Source of the DNA: Candidatus Heimdallarchaeota archaeon
Lineage (GTDB): Archaea > Asgardarchaeota > Heimdallarchaeia > Hodarchaeales > Hodarchaeaceae
Reading direction: 5' to 3'
DNA length: 59,611 nt
Assembly (NCBI GenBank): GCA_048881705.1
Contig: JBHLSH010000012.1
Location: 1 to 59,611, forward strand
Shown: one piece after another, positions 1-10,173 of the stretch
Layout: every line of letters starts with the position of its first letter
Numbering within the stretch: position 1 is the stretch's first letter
Translations under genes and position numbers: made by a program
The notes under the pieces: generated by a model
Told to the model about the DNA's origin: nothing
The model's input: the letters and a program-made list of their open reading frames with translations, nothing else
The model's database searches: none

Positions 1-357
1 CTTTTACCAGGGGAAGAGGTTTGGCAAGTAATATCCAGTACCGCCTTTATAGCTGTTGTAATCAAGTCTGGGAATGATGTAGTCTGGCGAACGGTCGCAT
101 GGGGGGCTGTTGGCCGACAACTCCCACGTGAACATACTGGAAAAGTTATGGCGATGCTGGCCATGGTTACTTCTTTTGTAGGATTTATATCTAGTCCTAT
201 TATCGGTTTTATATACCAAACTCAAGGGGGTGAACCATTATTACTTGTCTCTTTCGTGTTAAACGTCACAATCTTGCTCTTACTCTTATTTGGTTGGATA
301 CGAAGCTCTAAATCTGTTCAATCACACACCGAGCCCAAAGATACCTTAACAGCGTGA
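1..357 (+). CDS. MFS transporter, C-terminal part (gene runs off the left edge)
   Basis: Frame 1 is open from base 1: LLPGEEVWQVISSTAFIAVVIKSGNDVVWRTVAWGAVGRQLPREHTGKVMAMLAMVTSFVGFISSPIIGFIYQ... It has hydrophobic helices and an MFS-like loop (PREHTGKVMA). The ORF track shows only 148..357. Confidence 0.7.
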   Translation, partial: LLPGEEVWQVISSTAFIAVVIKSGNDVVWRTVAWGAVGRQLPREHTGKVMAMLAMVTSFVGFISSPIIGFIYQTQGGEPLLLVSFVLNVTILLLLLFGWIRSSKSVQSHTEPKDTLTA

Positions 358-413
358 TAAAAGGAAATCGGTTCAATTTCTAGGTTTTTTCAATCCTTGA
401 GGTATCTGAGAAT

Positions 414-429
414 CGAGGTAGAAACCTCG
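414..429. terminator. Small perfect hairpin between convergent genes (possible terminator)
   Basis: CGAGGT-AGAA-ACCTCG forms a 6-bp stem between the MFS stop (357) and the stop of 439..1314. Confidence 0.25.
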
Positions 430-438
430 TGAACTCCC

Positions 439-1314
439 TTAGATCACATCAGGGGTGTGTTTTCGCAGAAAATCCATTGATTTTGTCACGTCCTCTGTAC
501 TCAGCTCTAATACTATTGGACCAGTAAATTCTGCATCAGAAAGACTGGTCATTAAACCCCTTACAGGGAGATCCCCACTTCCAAGTGGTTTATGATCAAC
601 TCGTGGTGAGGATGCGCCATCATGGAGATGTAATTCCGCAATTCTGTCTTTGTAAGTCTCAAAAAAATCTATTATTCCATTGTCTCCCCATTGTCCAGAG
701 AATCCTGCCAACAAGTGTCCAGTATCAAAACAGATTCCCAGATCTAATTCCGCGATTAGGTTATCCATGAATCGGAATGGAAATTCGACATTTTCGACTG
801 CAAGTTTTCTTGAATCTATTCTGGTTTTCTCAAGGATCTGAGCCAAGTTCTCGGATGCACGATCTGCAAATGTGTTATTCATTAGCTCTTTTGCGAAATC
901 AGGAAGATCAAAGCTAGTAAATTCTGATACGATCCCACCTGTGGCATGTATTACCCAACATGTAGGATTCAATGGTTTAGTTAGTTCAATTGACTCAATC
1001 ATGCAGTCAATAGATGCCTGTTGAATATGTGGAATTGGAGATGCAAGTTCGACAGACCAAAGCGGAAGATGGACAGAACAAGTATAATTATGCTCATCCT
1101 TGTAGGTCCGCAAACCCGTAACTACATCCGGGGTCAATAATCCTGGTAGGACGTAAGCAAGATCGGCTGTGATCTCAAAGTGTTTAAACTCGTTCCCGAG
1201 AGTTGTTTGAAGAACATCAAGATAATTGGCTTGGGACAGATCCAAACGTCCGTCAACAACCATCTTAAGAAAATCTTCAAACTCAAAAGGACGTATACCA
1301 AATAGTAGGGTCAT
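439..1314 (-). CDS. Xylose-isomerase-like TIM-barrel metalloenzyme, resembling cobamide-remodelling phosphodiesterase CbiR
   Basis: Motifs SVHLPL, WVIH, AVENVEFPF, ICFDTGHL, ELHLHDG, DHKPLGSG (AP-endonuclease-2 family metal ligands). Directly downstream of a UroD-family gene. Confidence 0.7.
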   Translation of the reverse strand: MTLLFGIRPFEFEDFLKMVVDGRLDLSQANYLDVLQTTLGNEFKHFEITADLAYVLPGLLTPDVVTGLRTYKDEHNYTCSVHLPLWSVELASPIPHIQQASIDCMIESIELTKPLNPTCWVIHATGGIVSEFTSFDLPDFAKELMNNTFADRASENLAQILEKTRIDSRKLAVENVEFPFRFMDNLIAELDLGICFDTGHLLAGFSGQWGDNGIIDFFETYKDRIAELHLHDGASSPRVDHKPLGSGDLPVRGLMTSLSDAEFTGPIVLELSTEDVTKSMDFLRKHTPDVI

Positions 1315-1341
1315 TTTTTAGTATTTCCTGTTATTTTTGGG

Positions 1342-2346
1342 TTATAAACTAATGGGATATAATCCCACGGCTCTCGCGTGCTTATAGGTCTCAATGATCG
1401 CATCATAGTCATGGCCTTCAAACAGACTATTACTTGAGGAGAATAAATAGCCCCCACCTGGCGCGCCGTCTCGGATACATCTCTCAACCTCTCTATGAAT
1501 ATGACTGGGGTCACTTCCACGAAGAACACCGGTTGTGTCCACATTTCCACATAAGACTAACTTGTCGCCAAACCGTTGTTTGACGACCTTTAGATCGACC
1601 TGGGCTTGCGGTTCCAAGGAGTGAACTCCTGCGAAACCAGCTTCAATGATCATTGGTAGGAGATCAACCACGTAGCCATCACTATGCCAGATTATTGGAA
1701 CATCAGAGGCCTGCGTTATTTTTTTGTATTCGGGAAGGACTAATCTCCGAAACATTGTTGGAGAAATCAGGGGCCGATCCTTGCCTGCCGCATCATCGCC
1801 TAATACTATAAAATCTACATCATTTGCGTTAGCTTGCTCGACCAATGCAATAGTCCATTCTGTATTCCTTTCGATAATTTCTTTCACTAGTTCAGGATTA
1901 GTGTAAAGCCCGCGAAAGAACCTCTCTATCCCCATTGAAAGATATGCCATCCCCAGTGAACAGTCGTGCCAAGCAAAATAGAGGGCATATTTCTCCTGAA
2001 AACGATTCTTAATTGCTTTGACATGACCTTCAGGAAACCAATCTTCTGCGTGGGTTAGTGGTGGGGTGAATTGTTCCAAATCCGATTCAGATTTGACTAA
2101 TCCATTTTCATACTGCCCATGGCGAAATATTCGTCCCCATTCATCTATCCCGTGACCATATGCTTGCGTTTTTCCTATGGGGTGATGAGATAAAGGAAGG
2201 CAATCATGATCAAGGACAGTTCTAATATGGTAGCCATCGCCTCCAAACCATGAACATACTTCTGTTTCGATCCAAGGTTCAAGAATTGGAACTCTATCTG
2301 GCTCCTCGTGACCAAAAGTTATCATTACACGATCGTGAGAATCCAT
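1342..2346 (-). CDS. Uroporphyrinogen decarboxylase family protein (UroD/MtaA-like TIM barrel)
   Basis: EEPDRVP, DEWG, GDDAAG, ISPTMFRRLVLPEYK, WHSDG, LCGNVD, GGGYLFSSSNS. Confidence 0.85.
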   Translation of the reverse strand: MDSHDRVMITFGHEEPDRVPILEPWIETEVCSWFGGDGYHIRTVLDHDCLPLSHHPIGKTQAYGHGIDEWGRIFRHGQYENGLVKSESDLEQFTPPLTHAEDWFPEGHVKAIKNRFQEKYALYFAWHDCSLGMAYLSMGIERFFRGLYTNPELVKEIIERNTEWTIALVEQANANDVDFIVLGDDAAGKDRPLISPTMFRRLVLPEYKKITQASDVPIIWHSDGYVVDLLPMIIEAGFAGVHSLEPQAQVDLKVVKQRFGDKLVLCGNVDTTGVLRGSDPSHIHREVERCIRDGAPGGGYLFSSSNSLFEGHDYDAIIETYKHARAVGLYPISL

Positions 2347-2549
2347 TCCACTAACCTTATTGAAATAGAATAGCTATGAAACACGGCTGTAATCAGGATG
2401 GGGTGGTTTCAGCCTGGATCTTTTTGGATAATCACATAAATTTGCTGAGTGAGGTTATTACGCGAAATTCTGAAAAAGGCTAAAAATGTCTTGATTAGTT
2501 CTGCACTCCAGAAAGAATAAGCTTTCCTGATGACTAGATGTGATTTTAT

Positions 2550-4391
2550 TTGGGATTCGAAAGATATTTAGCGATTGAAACGGCGGGAGGCGCAGCTTGG
2601 CATCCTTCTCAACCGAAAATCGCCTTTGTATATGATGCACCCGGGAATTTTCAAGTTTTCAGTGTCGAAATTCAACCCAGACTGTCTTTTTGGCCTCATC
2701 GTGAAGTATTCGATGTGGATCGGTGCACAAATCCACGGTACCTCTCAGATGGATCTTTGATGTTTCTCAAAGACTCACGAGGTGACGAGAACTTCCAGAT
2801 CGGGTGTTTGGACGACTCTTCCGAATTGACTTGGGTCACTAAGGATCGAAGGGCCAAACACCGCCCAACTTTTCTTACAGAAAGAAATCTCTATTATTCT
2901 GCTAACGTCGAGGATAAAAGCGTCTTTGGCGTTTATCGTCACGAAGTTCCCCTACAGTCCCATTCCGAGGAACTTCTCCTTCAACCCGAACGAGGTATAT
3001 ATATAACAACGGAAATAAACAAAAAAGAAGATCAACTGATTTTAGATCTCTATCATGGGAATAATAACCAAGAAATTTTTCTTTTCGACGTAGAAACCAA
3101 AGGATTGACCAGTCTTACCACTCAAATATCAAAAACCAGGGAAACAAGATGGAAGACTGTACGAATGTTAGACAGCAATCATCTGCTGGTCATAACAGAT
3201 CATCAAAGCGAGTATAATCGCTTTGCTATCCTTTCACTTGATGGACAGTTCCAAACTCTTGATGGTATAGAAGAAGACATTAGATATGAGACTGAAAGCG
3301 TAGCTTGGACAATTGACTCTCCCTCTGTCTACTTTACCTTGAACGAAGACGGATATAACTCCTTGCATCAAGGATTATTCACTATAAACGGGGGAGTCAA
3401 GCTGCAGAGCCTTCCTCTGCCCTATAAGGGAGTCATTATGCACGGTGATCTCCGCTCATTCGAGAAGGGGTTATCAGTTAGCCCAGATGGAAAAGAAATA
3501 GCTTTTACATTTAGTTCCACAGATAAACCAACGAATATCTGGATTTTGGACATTCCATCTAGTGAGCTGTGGCAAGCCACCGATTCCAGTACCGCAGGAA
3601 TTAATTCCCGATCATTTGCCGGAAGCACACTAAAGGAGTTTTACAGCTTCGACCAAGTTAGAATCCCATATTTTAAGCATATTCCAAGTGGAAAAATGCC
3701 TCCTAATGGGTGGCCCGCTCTGGTGCTGATTCATGGGGGTCCAGAAGCCCAATTTCGGCCCTCCTTTTTCCCAATTGCACAATTCTTAATTTCTGGGGGT
3801 TTTGCTTTGATTGCCCCGAACATCCGTGGCAGTTCTGGGTATGGTCGAACGTACTTGGACTTAGATAATATCGAGAAAAGACTGGATTCCGTCAAGGATA
3901 TTGCATGTCTTGTCGAACACATCAATGAGAACGAAGCTCAGGTAGACGCCGCACGAATTGCGATTTACGGGGGGAGCTACGGCGGCTTTGCTGTCCTTTC
4001 TGCTATGACGGAGCACCCAGAATTATGGAAAGCGGGCGTAGACATTGTGGGTATCTCAAACTTCGTCACATTTTTGGAAAATACGGCGAAGTGGAGACGA
4101 AACCTCCGTGAGGTAGAATACGGAAGCCTTGAAAAAGATCTAGAGACACTAAGACGTATAAGTCCAATCCATCAGATTGATAAGATTATGGCTCCTTTGT
4201 TCATTGTACATGGAGACAACGATGAACGTGTCCCTCTGACCGAATCTCTTCAAATCCATGAGAAGTTAAAAGAAAAGGGAATTCCGGTGGAGCTGCTGCG
4301 GTTTTCAGATGAAGGGCACGGAATCACTAAACTACAGAACAAAATTGAAGCGTATGGTAAAATTCTAGATTGGTTGGTTAAAATCGTTTAA
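2550..4391 (+). CDS. S9 family peptidase (acylaminoacyl/dipeptidyl aminopeptidase): beta-propeller plus alpha/beta hydrolase
   Basis: IHGGPE, PNIRGSSGYG, nucleophile GGSYGG, HGDNDERVP, DEGHG. Confidence 0.93.
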   Translation: MGFERYLAIETAGGAAWHPSQPKIAFVYDAPGNFQVFSVEIQPRLSFWPHREVFDVDRCTNPRYLSDGSLMFLKDSRGDENFQIGCLDDSSELTWVTKDRRAKHRPTFLTERNLYYSANVEDKSVFGVYRHEVPLQSHSEELLLQPERGIYITTEINKKEDQLILDLYHGNNNQEIFLFDVETKGLTSLTTQISKTRETRWKTVRMLDSNHLLVITDHQSEYNRFAILSLDGQFQTLDGIEEDIRYETESVAWTIDSPSVYFTLNEDGYNSLHQGLFTINGGVKLQSLPLPYKGVIMHGDLRSFEKGLSVSPDGKEIAFTFSSTDKPTNIWILDIPSSELWQATDSSTAGINSRSFAGSTLKEFYSFDQVRIPYFKHIPSGKMPPNGWPALVLIHGGPEAQFRPSFFPIAQFLISGGFALIAPNIRGSSGYGRTYLDLDNIEKRLDSVKDIACLVEHINENEAQVDAARIAIYGGSYGGFAVLSAMTEHPELWKAGVDIVGISNFVTFLENTAKWRRNLREVEYGSLEKDLETLRRISPIHQIDKIMAPLFIVHGDNDERVPLTESLQIHEKLKEKGIPVELLRFSDEGHGITKLQNKIEAYGKILDWLVKIV

Positions 4392-4465
4392 GCTTTGAAT
4401 TAGTGGGGTTAAGACATCTAGGATGCCAAAATTGTCACTCCCTCATTAAATTCCCACAATCACAT

Positions 4466-5191
4466 TTATTCTGAAGCCATGGTTAGGAATTTTCCTAGAG
4501 TTTCATCTACTGGCCCTAGGATAGTTTGAGTGGCGATGCTCGAAATAGGTGTTCGTTCCATATTAAATTCGAAGATCTCTAAATTAGGATTCCCCTGTCG
4601 AGCAATGTAGGGGAAATTTGCAACGGGATACACGACTCCCGAAGTTCCTGCGACGATTAGAACCTCAGTTGTGGATAGACGTTTCAGACAAGCCTCAATT
4701 ATTGTTGGATCCAAGCTTTCCCCAAACCATACAACATCAGGCCTCATAATTGAACCACATTGCAAGCAATCTGGGATTAGTTTAGTTTTTTCAAGTGTTT
4801 CTAATGTCCATCGAGATCTATCACCACATTCCGGACATCGACTTTCTCGAATTTTCCCATGCAGATGGATTACGTTTTGCGAACCAGCGCGTTCGTGCAA
4901 ATCATCAACATTTTGGGTTAGAATAGAAATATCTCCCCCGTTCTTCTCCCAGCTCGCCAGCAATAAATGAGCCTGGTTGGGTTTTACGTTTAAAATCAGA
5001 TTAATCCGCCAATAATACCATTCCCACACCAATCCAGGATTTTTACGAAATGCATTCGGAGAGGCAAGTTCAGATGCATTATAATTTCGCCACAGGCCGT
5101 CTTTACCCCGAAATGTGGGCACCCCTGATGCCTGGGAGAAACCAGCTCCAGTTATCACAGTGATTCTCGTACTCTTATCAATTCTAATCAA
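4466..5191 (-). CDS. cobB: Sir2-family NAD-dependent protein deacylase
   Basis: TGAGFSQASGVPTFRG, TQNVDDLHERAG, HLHG, two CxxC pairs, RPDVVWFGE, GTSGVVYP. Confidence 0.95.
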   Translation of the reverse strand: MIRIDKSTRITVITGAGFSQASGVPTFRGKDGLWRNYNASELASPNAFRKNPGLVWEWYYWRINLILNVKPNQAHLLLASWEKNGGDISILTQNVDDLHERAGSQNVIHLHGKIRESRCPECGDRSRWTLETLEKTKLIPDCLQCGSIMRPDVVWFGESLDPTIIEACLKRLSTTEVLIVAGTSGVVYPVANFPYIARQGNPNLEIFEFNMERTPISSIATQTILGPVDETLGKFLTMASE

Positions 5192-5354
5192 TGCTAGGTT
5201 TCACCCTTTAGATATTGTAAATTGGAGTTCATAATTTGATTGACGGCCAGGTCATAATACTTTCGCTTGTTGGAATATTGAAAAATCGAGAATGTAGGTA
5301 TGGTTTTGCCTTTCCCAAGAGATAACGATGGGAAATTCACACCATTATCTGCAT

Positions 5355-6314
5355 TTAGGTTTGGAGATCCTCAATCAGGCCTGACCGCACAGAATTCCGA
5401 GCTTTTTGTATGAGGGCATCCATTCTTTCTACCTGGGTGGTTAACAGATCTACAAAAGCATCATCCCATGATCCTGCATCTCTCATTTCACATACTAGGC
5501 TTAGAATATGCGTTATATTTGTCAAGTCATGATTAATAACATCCAGCAAAGTATTACGTTCAAATTCGATCACCCTTCGATTGTAGTAGTAAAGATAGGT
5601 CCATCGAAGTGTCGGATGGACCAAGATCACCGTTGAGATAAGAGTAAGCGTTAAAGCGACCAGCTGGTTTGTCATAGGAAGGATGAGATTCAAACTAACG
5701 ATGAGGGAAATGAGGAAGAGAGAACCAAGTGAGATGATAAGATAGAGGAAATGGAAAACCGAAATTGCATATTGAGAGCGGTAACGTGTTAAATAAACTC
5801 TTGAGGTATGTAGGCCGTACCAAAAGAGAACCAAGAGTGTGAACAACGTCATACCATATATCGCAAATGCAATTTGGGTATAATCGAAAATTGGAAGTTG
5901 GTTGGAAAACCCCTGAATTCTTAAAGGTTGTAGTAAAGGAAGCGGATTTACGATCAGTCCAAAGAGCATCAGGAGTTGCCAGAACCGTCTCAAATATGAG
6001 TTAGGTACGATTTCGTAACGTAAGGTCAGAGCTAGGATTATTCCACTGATTCCTCCCAATGTTACGGTTACTCGGTATAAAATCGACATTGTTTCGGTGT
6101 TGTTACCCCAAATTGGTATAAAATTAAGGATAAGCCAATTCCCAATGTTAGCCCCCACTGCAAATAGGTAAAAGAGTAGATAAATACCAAAATCTTGCCG
6201 TTTCCGCTTAAAATCCCGGTATTGAATTGTCCGTGCACAGTAAAACACAAACCCTGCCCCTGAAATCAGCATATTAGAAGCGGCTATCACGCTTAAAGTA
6301 CGAATGAATACCAT
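5355..6314 (-). CDS. 7TM membrane protein with a C-terminal histidine-kinase DHp (H-box) domain and no catalytic ATPase domain
   Basis: About seven hydrophobic segments, then LLDVINHDLTNITHIL (H-box) and QVERMDALIQKAR (X-region helix). The stop follows 13 codons after that helix. Confidence 0.65.
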   Translation of the reverse strand: MVFIRTLSVIAASNMLISGAGFVFYCARTIQYRDFKRKRQDFGIYLLFYLFAVGANIGNWLILNFIPIWGNNTETMSILYRVTVTLGGISGIILALTLRYEIVPNSYLRRFWQLLMLFGLIVNPLPLLQPLRIQGFSNQLPIFDYTQIAFAIYGMTLFTLLVLFWYGLHTSRVYLTRYRSQYAISVFHFLYLIISLGSLFLISLIVSLNLILPMTNQLVALTLTLISTVILVHPTLRWTYLYYYNRRVIEFERNTLLDVINHDLTNITHILSLVCEMRDAGSWDDAFVDLLTTQVERMDALIQKARNSVRSGLIEDLQT

Positions 6315-6328
6315 TCAATTTCCCTATA

Positions 6329-9217
6329 TTGGCGATCCTGCAGACATCATTTTTGGTTGTTACCATATTGTCCACGAAAAACCAAAGCGAAGCTTTCGAT
6401 CTTTTGGATCACCGGCTGCAATCCGTGTTGGACGATCTTGGTTTCAGTCCAACACCGGGACAATTGGAGTACTTGGAGGCCATTATCCGAAAGGAGGATG
6501 TACTGGTCGTGGCCTCCACTGGATCTGGGAAAACATTCGGCACCATCGTTGCCTGTCTCCATAGAATATTAACGGAAGAGTTTCATCCCATTTCTACCGT
6601 AGTGGTGACTCCGCTAAAGGCCCTCAATCGTGATATTTTCAGACGAGTTCTGCCAATGCTTGGCAAGAAGCTAGGGGTATCCATCGCTGTACGGCACGGC
6701 GATACTCCTCAAAGCGAACGGAGTCGGCAAACTAAAAATCCTCCCCAGCTCCTTATCATGACTCCTGAACTATTTCAGGCCGCCCTTCCAGCCAAAATTT
6801 TCGGTCGAGAACATCTAAAACATGTGCAAACTATAGTTATTGATGAGATTCACGAGTTGGTTGGTACAAAACGGGGAGTGCAGCTTTCTCTGGCGCTAGA
6901 ACGACTTGTTCATCGTGTCAAACATCCTATCCAACGGATCGGACTATCTGCTACGATAGGAACCCCACATGATGTTTTGGAGTTCATGACTCCAAATAAC
7001 CCATCAGGAAAGCTTGTTCAGATACCCTCGAGTAAAATAATGCAGATTTCTCTTGAATATCCTACTAGTTCCATTTCTCATGATGTAGAACATCTTGCAA
7101 AGGAGTTACATACAACTGAGGAAGCAGCTATTAGGTTCATGGGTCTAATTGAGACTATTCTTTCGGAAGATGAAACTGTTCTATTGTTTACTAATACACG
7201 TCAACAAGCTGAAGTCCTAGGGTATCGGTTCAATCGGTACAACGAACAAATAGCATCAAACCAGCCCGAAAAGAAAATTAGGTTTGAAGTGCATCATTCA
7301 AGCCTTTCCGCAGAATCTAGGTTACATGCCGAGGTGGAGGTGAGAGAAGGCAAGCTTGATCTCATTATCGCCACCTCTTCACTAGAACTAGGGATTGATA
7401 TCGGGTCCATCAGTCTCGTTATCCAATATATGAGCCCCCGTCGCATTGAGACGCTTCTTCAAAGAGTGGGTAGGGCGGGACATCAACTGACTACGGTAAG
7501 TCGGGGAATAATAATCGCGGAAACACCCAGAGATCTCATGGAGGCATTCTTCATAAAACGACTAGCTATGATAGGATCGGTGGAACCGACTCGTGTCTTG
7601 GCCCATGGTTCCTGGGATGTTCTTTTTCATGCAATTATAGGGATTCTTTTAGACTTTGGGGAAGTAACGGTCAAAGAAATTCTTAAAATTATAACAAGGG
7701 CGCACCCTTACCAGCATTTAACACCAACCAACTTAATCCCACTCCTAGAGTATGGGAGAGACAACCACTTCTTCTATATCAACAAATCTGAGAATGGGGT
7801 GATTTCCCTCAGAGCGAAGAGAAAAAGCTATCGTTATTACTATTCCAATCTCAGTACAATACCATCGATCAAAAACTTTACGGTAATTGACGTGGGAACC
7901 CGTAGTAGGGTCGGGCAATTGGATGATGGCTTTGTCTCAACCCGGGGAGAGAAAGGAACTGTGTTCGTATTGAATGGCCTAGCATGGGAGCTACTTGCAA
8001 TAAAAGATGATCGAATTGAAGTGCGACAAGTCAGAGCCACAGATGCCACGCTTCCCACTTGGGAGGGGGAATTAATTCCTGTTTCATTGCTGGTCGCAGA
8101 AACCACTTATGAGTTATTTTCGAATGATGCTTTTCTCCAAGGAGAATCGCAACACATTCGGAAAGAATTACACCGGCTAATCAGAGAGCATCGGGATTCT
8201 AATATCGTACCTTCAAGAAATAAGATCCTTATTGAAACTGCTGGGCGACAGATGGTATTACATACCTTCCTTGGATCACGGGCAAATGACACGCTAGGCA
8301 TCGTTCTATCGACTATTATAGGAGCTAGACAAGGGTATTCAGTTGAATATCGTACTGATCCTTATTCAGTGTTCTTGTCACTCCCACGTCCTGCGGAAAT
8401 AAAATCAATAATCGAAGAGATAGACCCGAAACATTTACGTCCAATGCTGGAACATAGATTGAAAGGCAGTGAGCTCTTTGCATGGCGGCTACAGCACGTA
8501 GCAAGGCGATTTGGAGCAATTTCTGAATCTCTTCAGAGCTCCCCTATGATGACCAAACTCCTTGTATCCCGATATCAGGATACCATTGTCGGGGATGAAA
8601 CTGTAAATGAAATATTAACAGAATTGTTGGACTTTGAAATCGTCGAAGACTTCTTTCAAAGAATTCAACATGGCACCCTTCAAGTAGAAGTAATCGGTGT
8701 TAGAACCTTTGATACTCCACTCTCTCGTGCAGCTACTCAACCGATATCAGCCAATATTTTAAAGATCAGACCCTCTCATATAATATTGGAGAAGGTGGAG
8801 AAACGAATTCGTAACACATGGGTTCGTTTAGTCTGTATGCGACCGGGATGCAAGTTCGAAAAGGTACAAAGGATTGAGACCCTGAAAGAAGATATTCAAT
8901 GCCCTCAATGTCGGGCTCGGTTTATTGCTGTTGTCCACCAGAAAAAAACAGGAATCAAGGGGCTCTTATCGCGTTCTATGAACAAAAAACAGAAGCTAAC
9001 ACCAAAAGAAAAGAAGGATTTGAATGCAGCAACTAGATCAGCTGATTTAATTCTATCATTTGGAAAACGAGCAGCGTTTGTACTTGCAGGACGGGGGATA
9101 GGGCCACGTACCGCGGTTCGAATTTTGCGATCTCCTCAAAAAACAACTGAGGATCTCTTGGCTTTGATGTATGCTGCTGAGGCAAATTTTGCTCGTACCA
9201 GAGAATACTGGGATTAA
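6329..9217 (+). CDS. lhr: Lhr-like SF2 DEAD/DEAH helicase, archaeal type with C-terminal Zn ribbon/HhH (start may be TTG 6368)
   Basis: TGSGKT, RHGDT, DEIH, SAT, HHSSLS, ATSSLELGIDIG, QRVGRAGH; C-terminal CxxxxC...CPQC and GRGIGP. Confidence 0.93.
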   Translation: MAILQTSFLVVTILSTKNQSEAFDLLDHRLQSVLDDLGFSPTPGQLEYLEAIIRKEDVLVVASTGSGKTFGTIVACLHRILTEEFHPISTVVVTPLKALNRDIFRRVLPMLGKKLGVSIAVRHGDTPQSERSRQTKNPPQLLIMTPELFQAALPAKIFGREHLKHVQTIVIDEIHELVGTKRGVQLSLALERLVHRVKHPIQRIGLSATIGTPHDVLEFMTPNNPSGKLVQIPSSKIMQISLEYPTSSISHDVEHLAKELHTTEEAAIRFMGLIETILSEDETVLLFTNTRQQAEVLGYRFNRYNEQIASNQPEKKIRFEVHHSSLSAESRLHAEVEVREGKLDLIIATSSLELGIDIGSISLVIQYMSPRRIETLLQRVGRAGHQLTTVSRGIIIAETPRDLMEAFFIKRLAMIGSVEPTRVLAHGSWDVLFHAIIGILLDFGEVTVKEILKIITRAHPYQHLTPTNLIPLLEYGRDNHFFYINKSENGVISLRAKRKSYRYYYSNLSTIPSIKNFTVIDVGTRSRVGQLDDGFVSTRGEKGTVFVLNGLAWELLAIKDDRIEVRQVRATDATLPTWEGELIPVSLLVAETTYELFSNDAFLQGESQHIRKELHRLIREHRDSNIVPSRNKILIETAGRQMVLHTFLGSRANDTLGIVLSTIIGARQGYSVEYRTDPYSVFLSLPRPAEIKSIIEEIDPKHLRPMLEHRLKGSELFAWRLQHVARRFGAISESLQSSPMMTKLLVSRYQDTIVGDETVNEILTELLDFEIVEDFFQRIQHGTLQVEVIGVRTFDTPLSRAATQPISANILKIRPSHIILEKVEKRIRNTWVRLVCMRPGCKFEKVQRIETLKEDIQCPQCRARFIAVVHQKKTGIKGLLSRSMNKKQKLTPKEKKDLNAATRSADLILSFGKRAAFVLAGRGIGPRTAVRILRSPQKTTEDLLALMYAAEANFARTREYWD

Positions 9218-9231
9218 TTATAGGATTCTCA

Positions 9232-10128
9232 CTAAAAATTTTGGAGCTCGCCTAAATCAATTCCATTTGTCATTTGGACGCGTAACCTGGGGTGTTCTAA
9301 AACCTGGTTGAGAACGGGAAACGAAGGTCTGGTAGACACCCGTTTTCTTGGTTTATTTAATGCAAACCCGCCCAAAAACGGATTGTATGCAGGCAAAATA
9401 GTTATCTGAACAGTATCGATTAAACCCACGTCATCCTCCAAATCAAAAGGGAATTTAAAGATATCAAGAAGTTCTTCCCGTGGAAGAGTCAGCTTGGCAA
9501 ACACTGGAAGTTTATGGTTAATTCCTAATTCATCTGTCAATTCAATAGAAGGATGAATATGACCCAGAACGATTTCTGAGGCAAAAAGGATGTTGGGATC
9601 GGGAGTCACATGGCCGTGAAAAGCACCCAGTTCATTGTCGAAAAGAGCAGCACCTTTGGAGGGAATCAAATCCAGATGAGGTTCTAAAGACTTTAACAGG
9701 ATAGTGTCTTGGTTCCCTCTTATCAACATAATTCGCTTTAAGAATGCTAAAGTCTTGATCTTTTCTAGGAGATATTCCAGGATCCGTTCATTCTGCCATT
9801 TGTTTGATACCCAACCTTTTTTTTTCCTAAAATGAGGGAAACTGTGTTCAAAATCGCCAAGAATTAAGATTACGTCCGGTTTAGCTTGGATTAAATCAGC
9901 ATATAAGGTATCGATGACCGAATATGTCCAGCTGGGGGGACGCGTATTTAATCCTTTTTCCGTCCACTCCTCCTCGAAGCCTAGATGGAGGTCAGAAATA
10001 ATGAATACCTTCTGGCCATTAAAATTTCTTAATAGATATCGTCTATCGATTTCTTCAGTAGGAAGCATTAGATTCCTCTTTAACAAATTACCGATTTCAT
10101 AACTATTCATGCTGTGTTCGGAATACAA
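9232..10128 (-). CDS. Calcineurin-like metallophosphoesterase (Lhr-associated MPE type)
   Basis: ISDLHLG, LGDFEH, RGNQD, FHGH, GHIHP, LPAYN. Convergent with lhr, with a 14-bp gap. Confidence 0.85.
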   Translation of the reverse strand: MYSEHSMNSYEIGNLLKRNLMLPTEEIDRRYLLRNFNGQKVFIISDLHLGFEEEWTEKGLNTRPPSWTYSVIDTLYADLIQAKPDVILILGDFEHSFPHFRKKKGWVSNKWQNERILEYLLEKIKTLAFLKRIMLIRGNQDTILLKSLEPHLDLIPSKGAALFDNELGAFHGHVTPDPNILFASEIVLGHIHPSIELTDELGINHKLPVFAKLTLPREELLDIFKFPFDLEDDVGLIDTVQITILPAYNPFLGGFALNKPRKRVSTRPSFPVLNQVLEHPRLRVQMTNGIDLGELQNF

Positions 10129-10173
10129 CGCTTTAAAACAGCAACTAACAGAAGATTAAATAGGTAATTAAAG

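Noticed and set aside
4-225. 73-aa minus-strand ORF
   Set aside because: It is an antisense shadow of the MFS reading frame, which is open from base 1 on the plus strand.
2347-2549. Possible cobalamin riboswitch upstream of the UroD/CbiR-like pair
   Set aside because: The minus-strand leader shows no recognisable B12-box or conserved riboswitch core.
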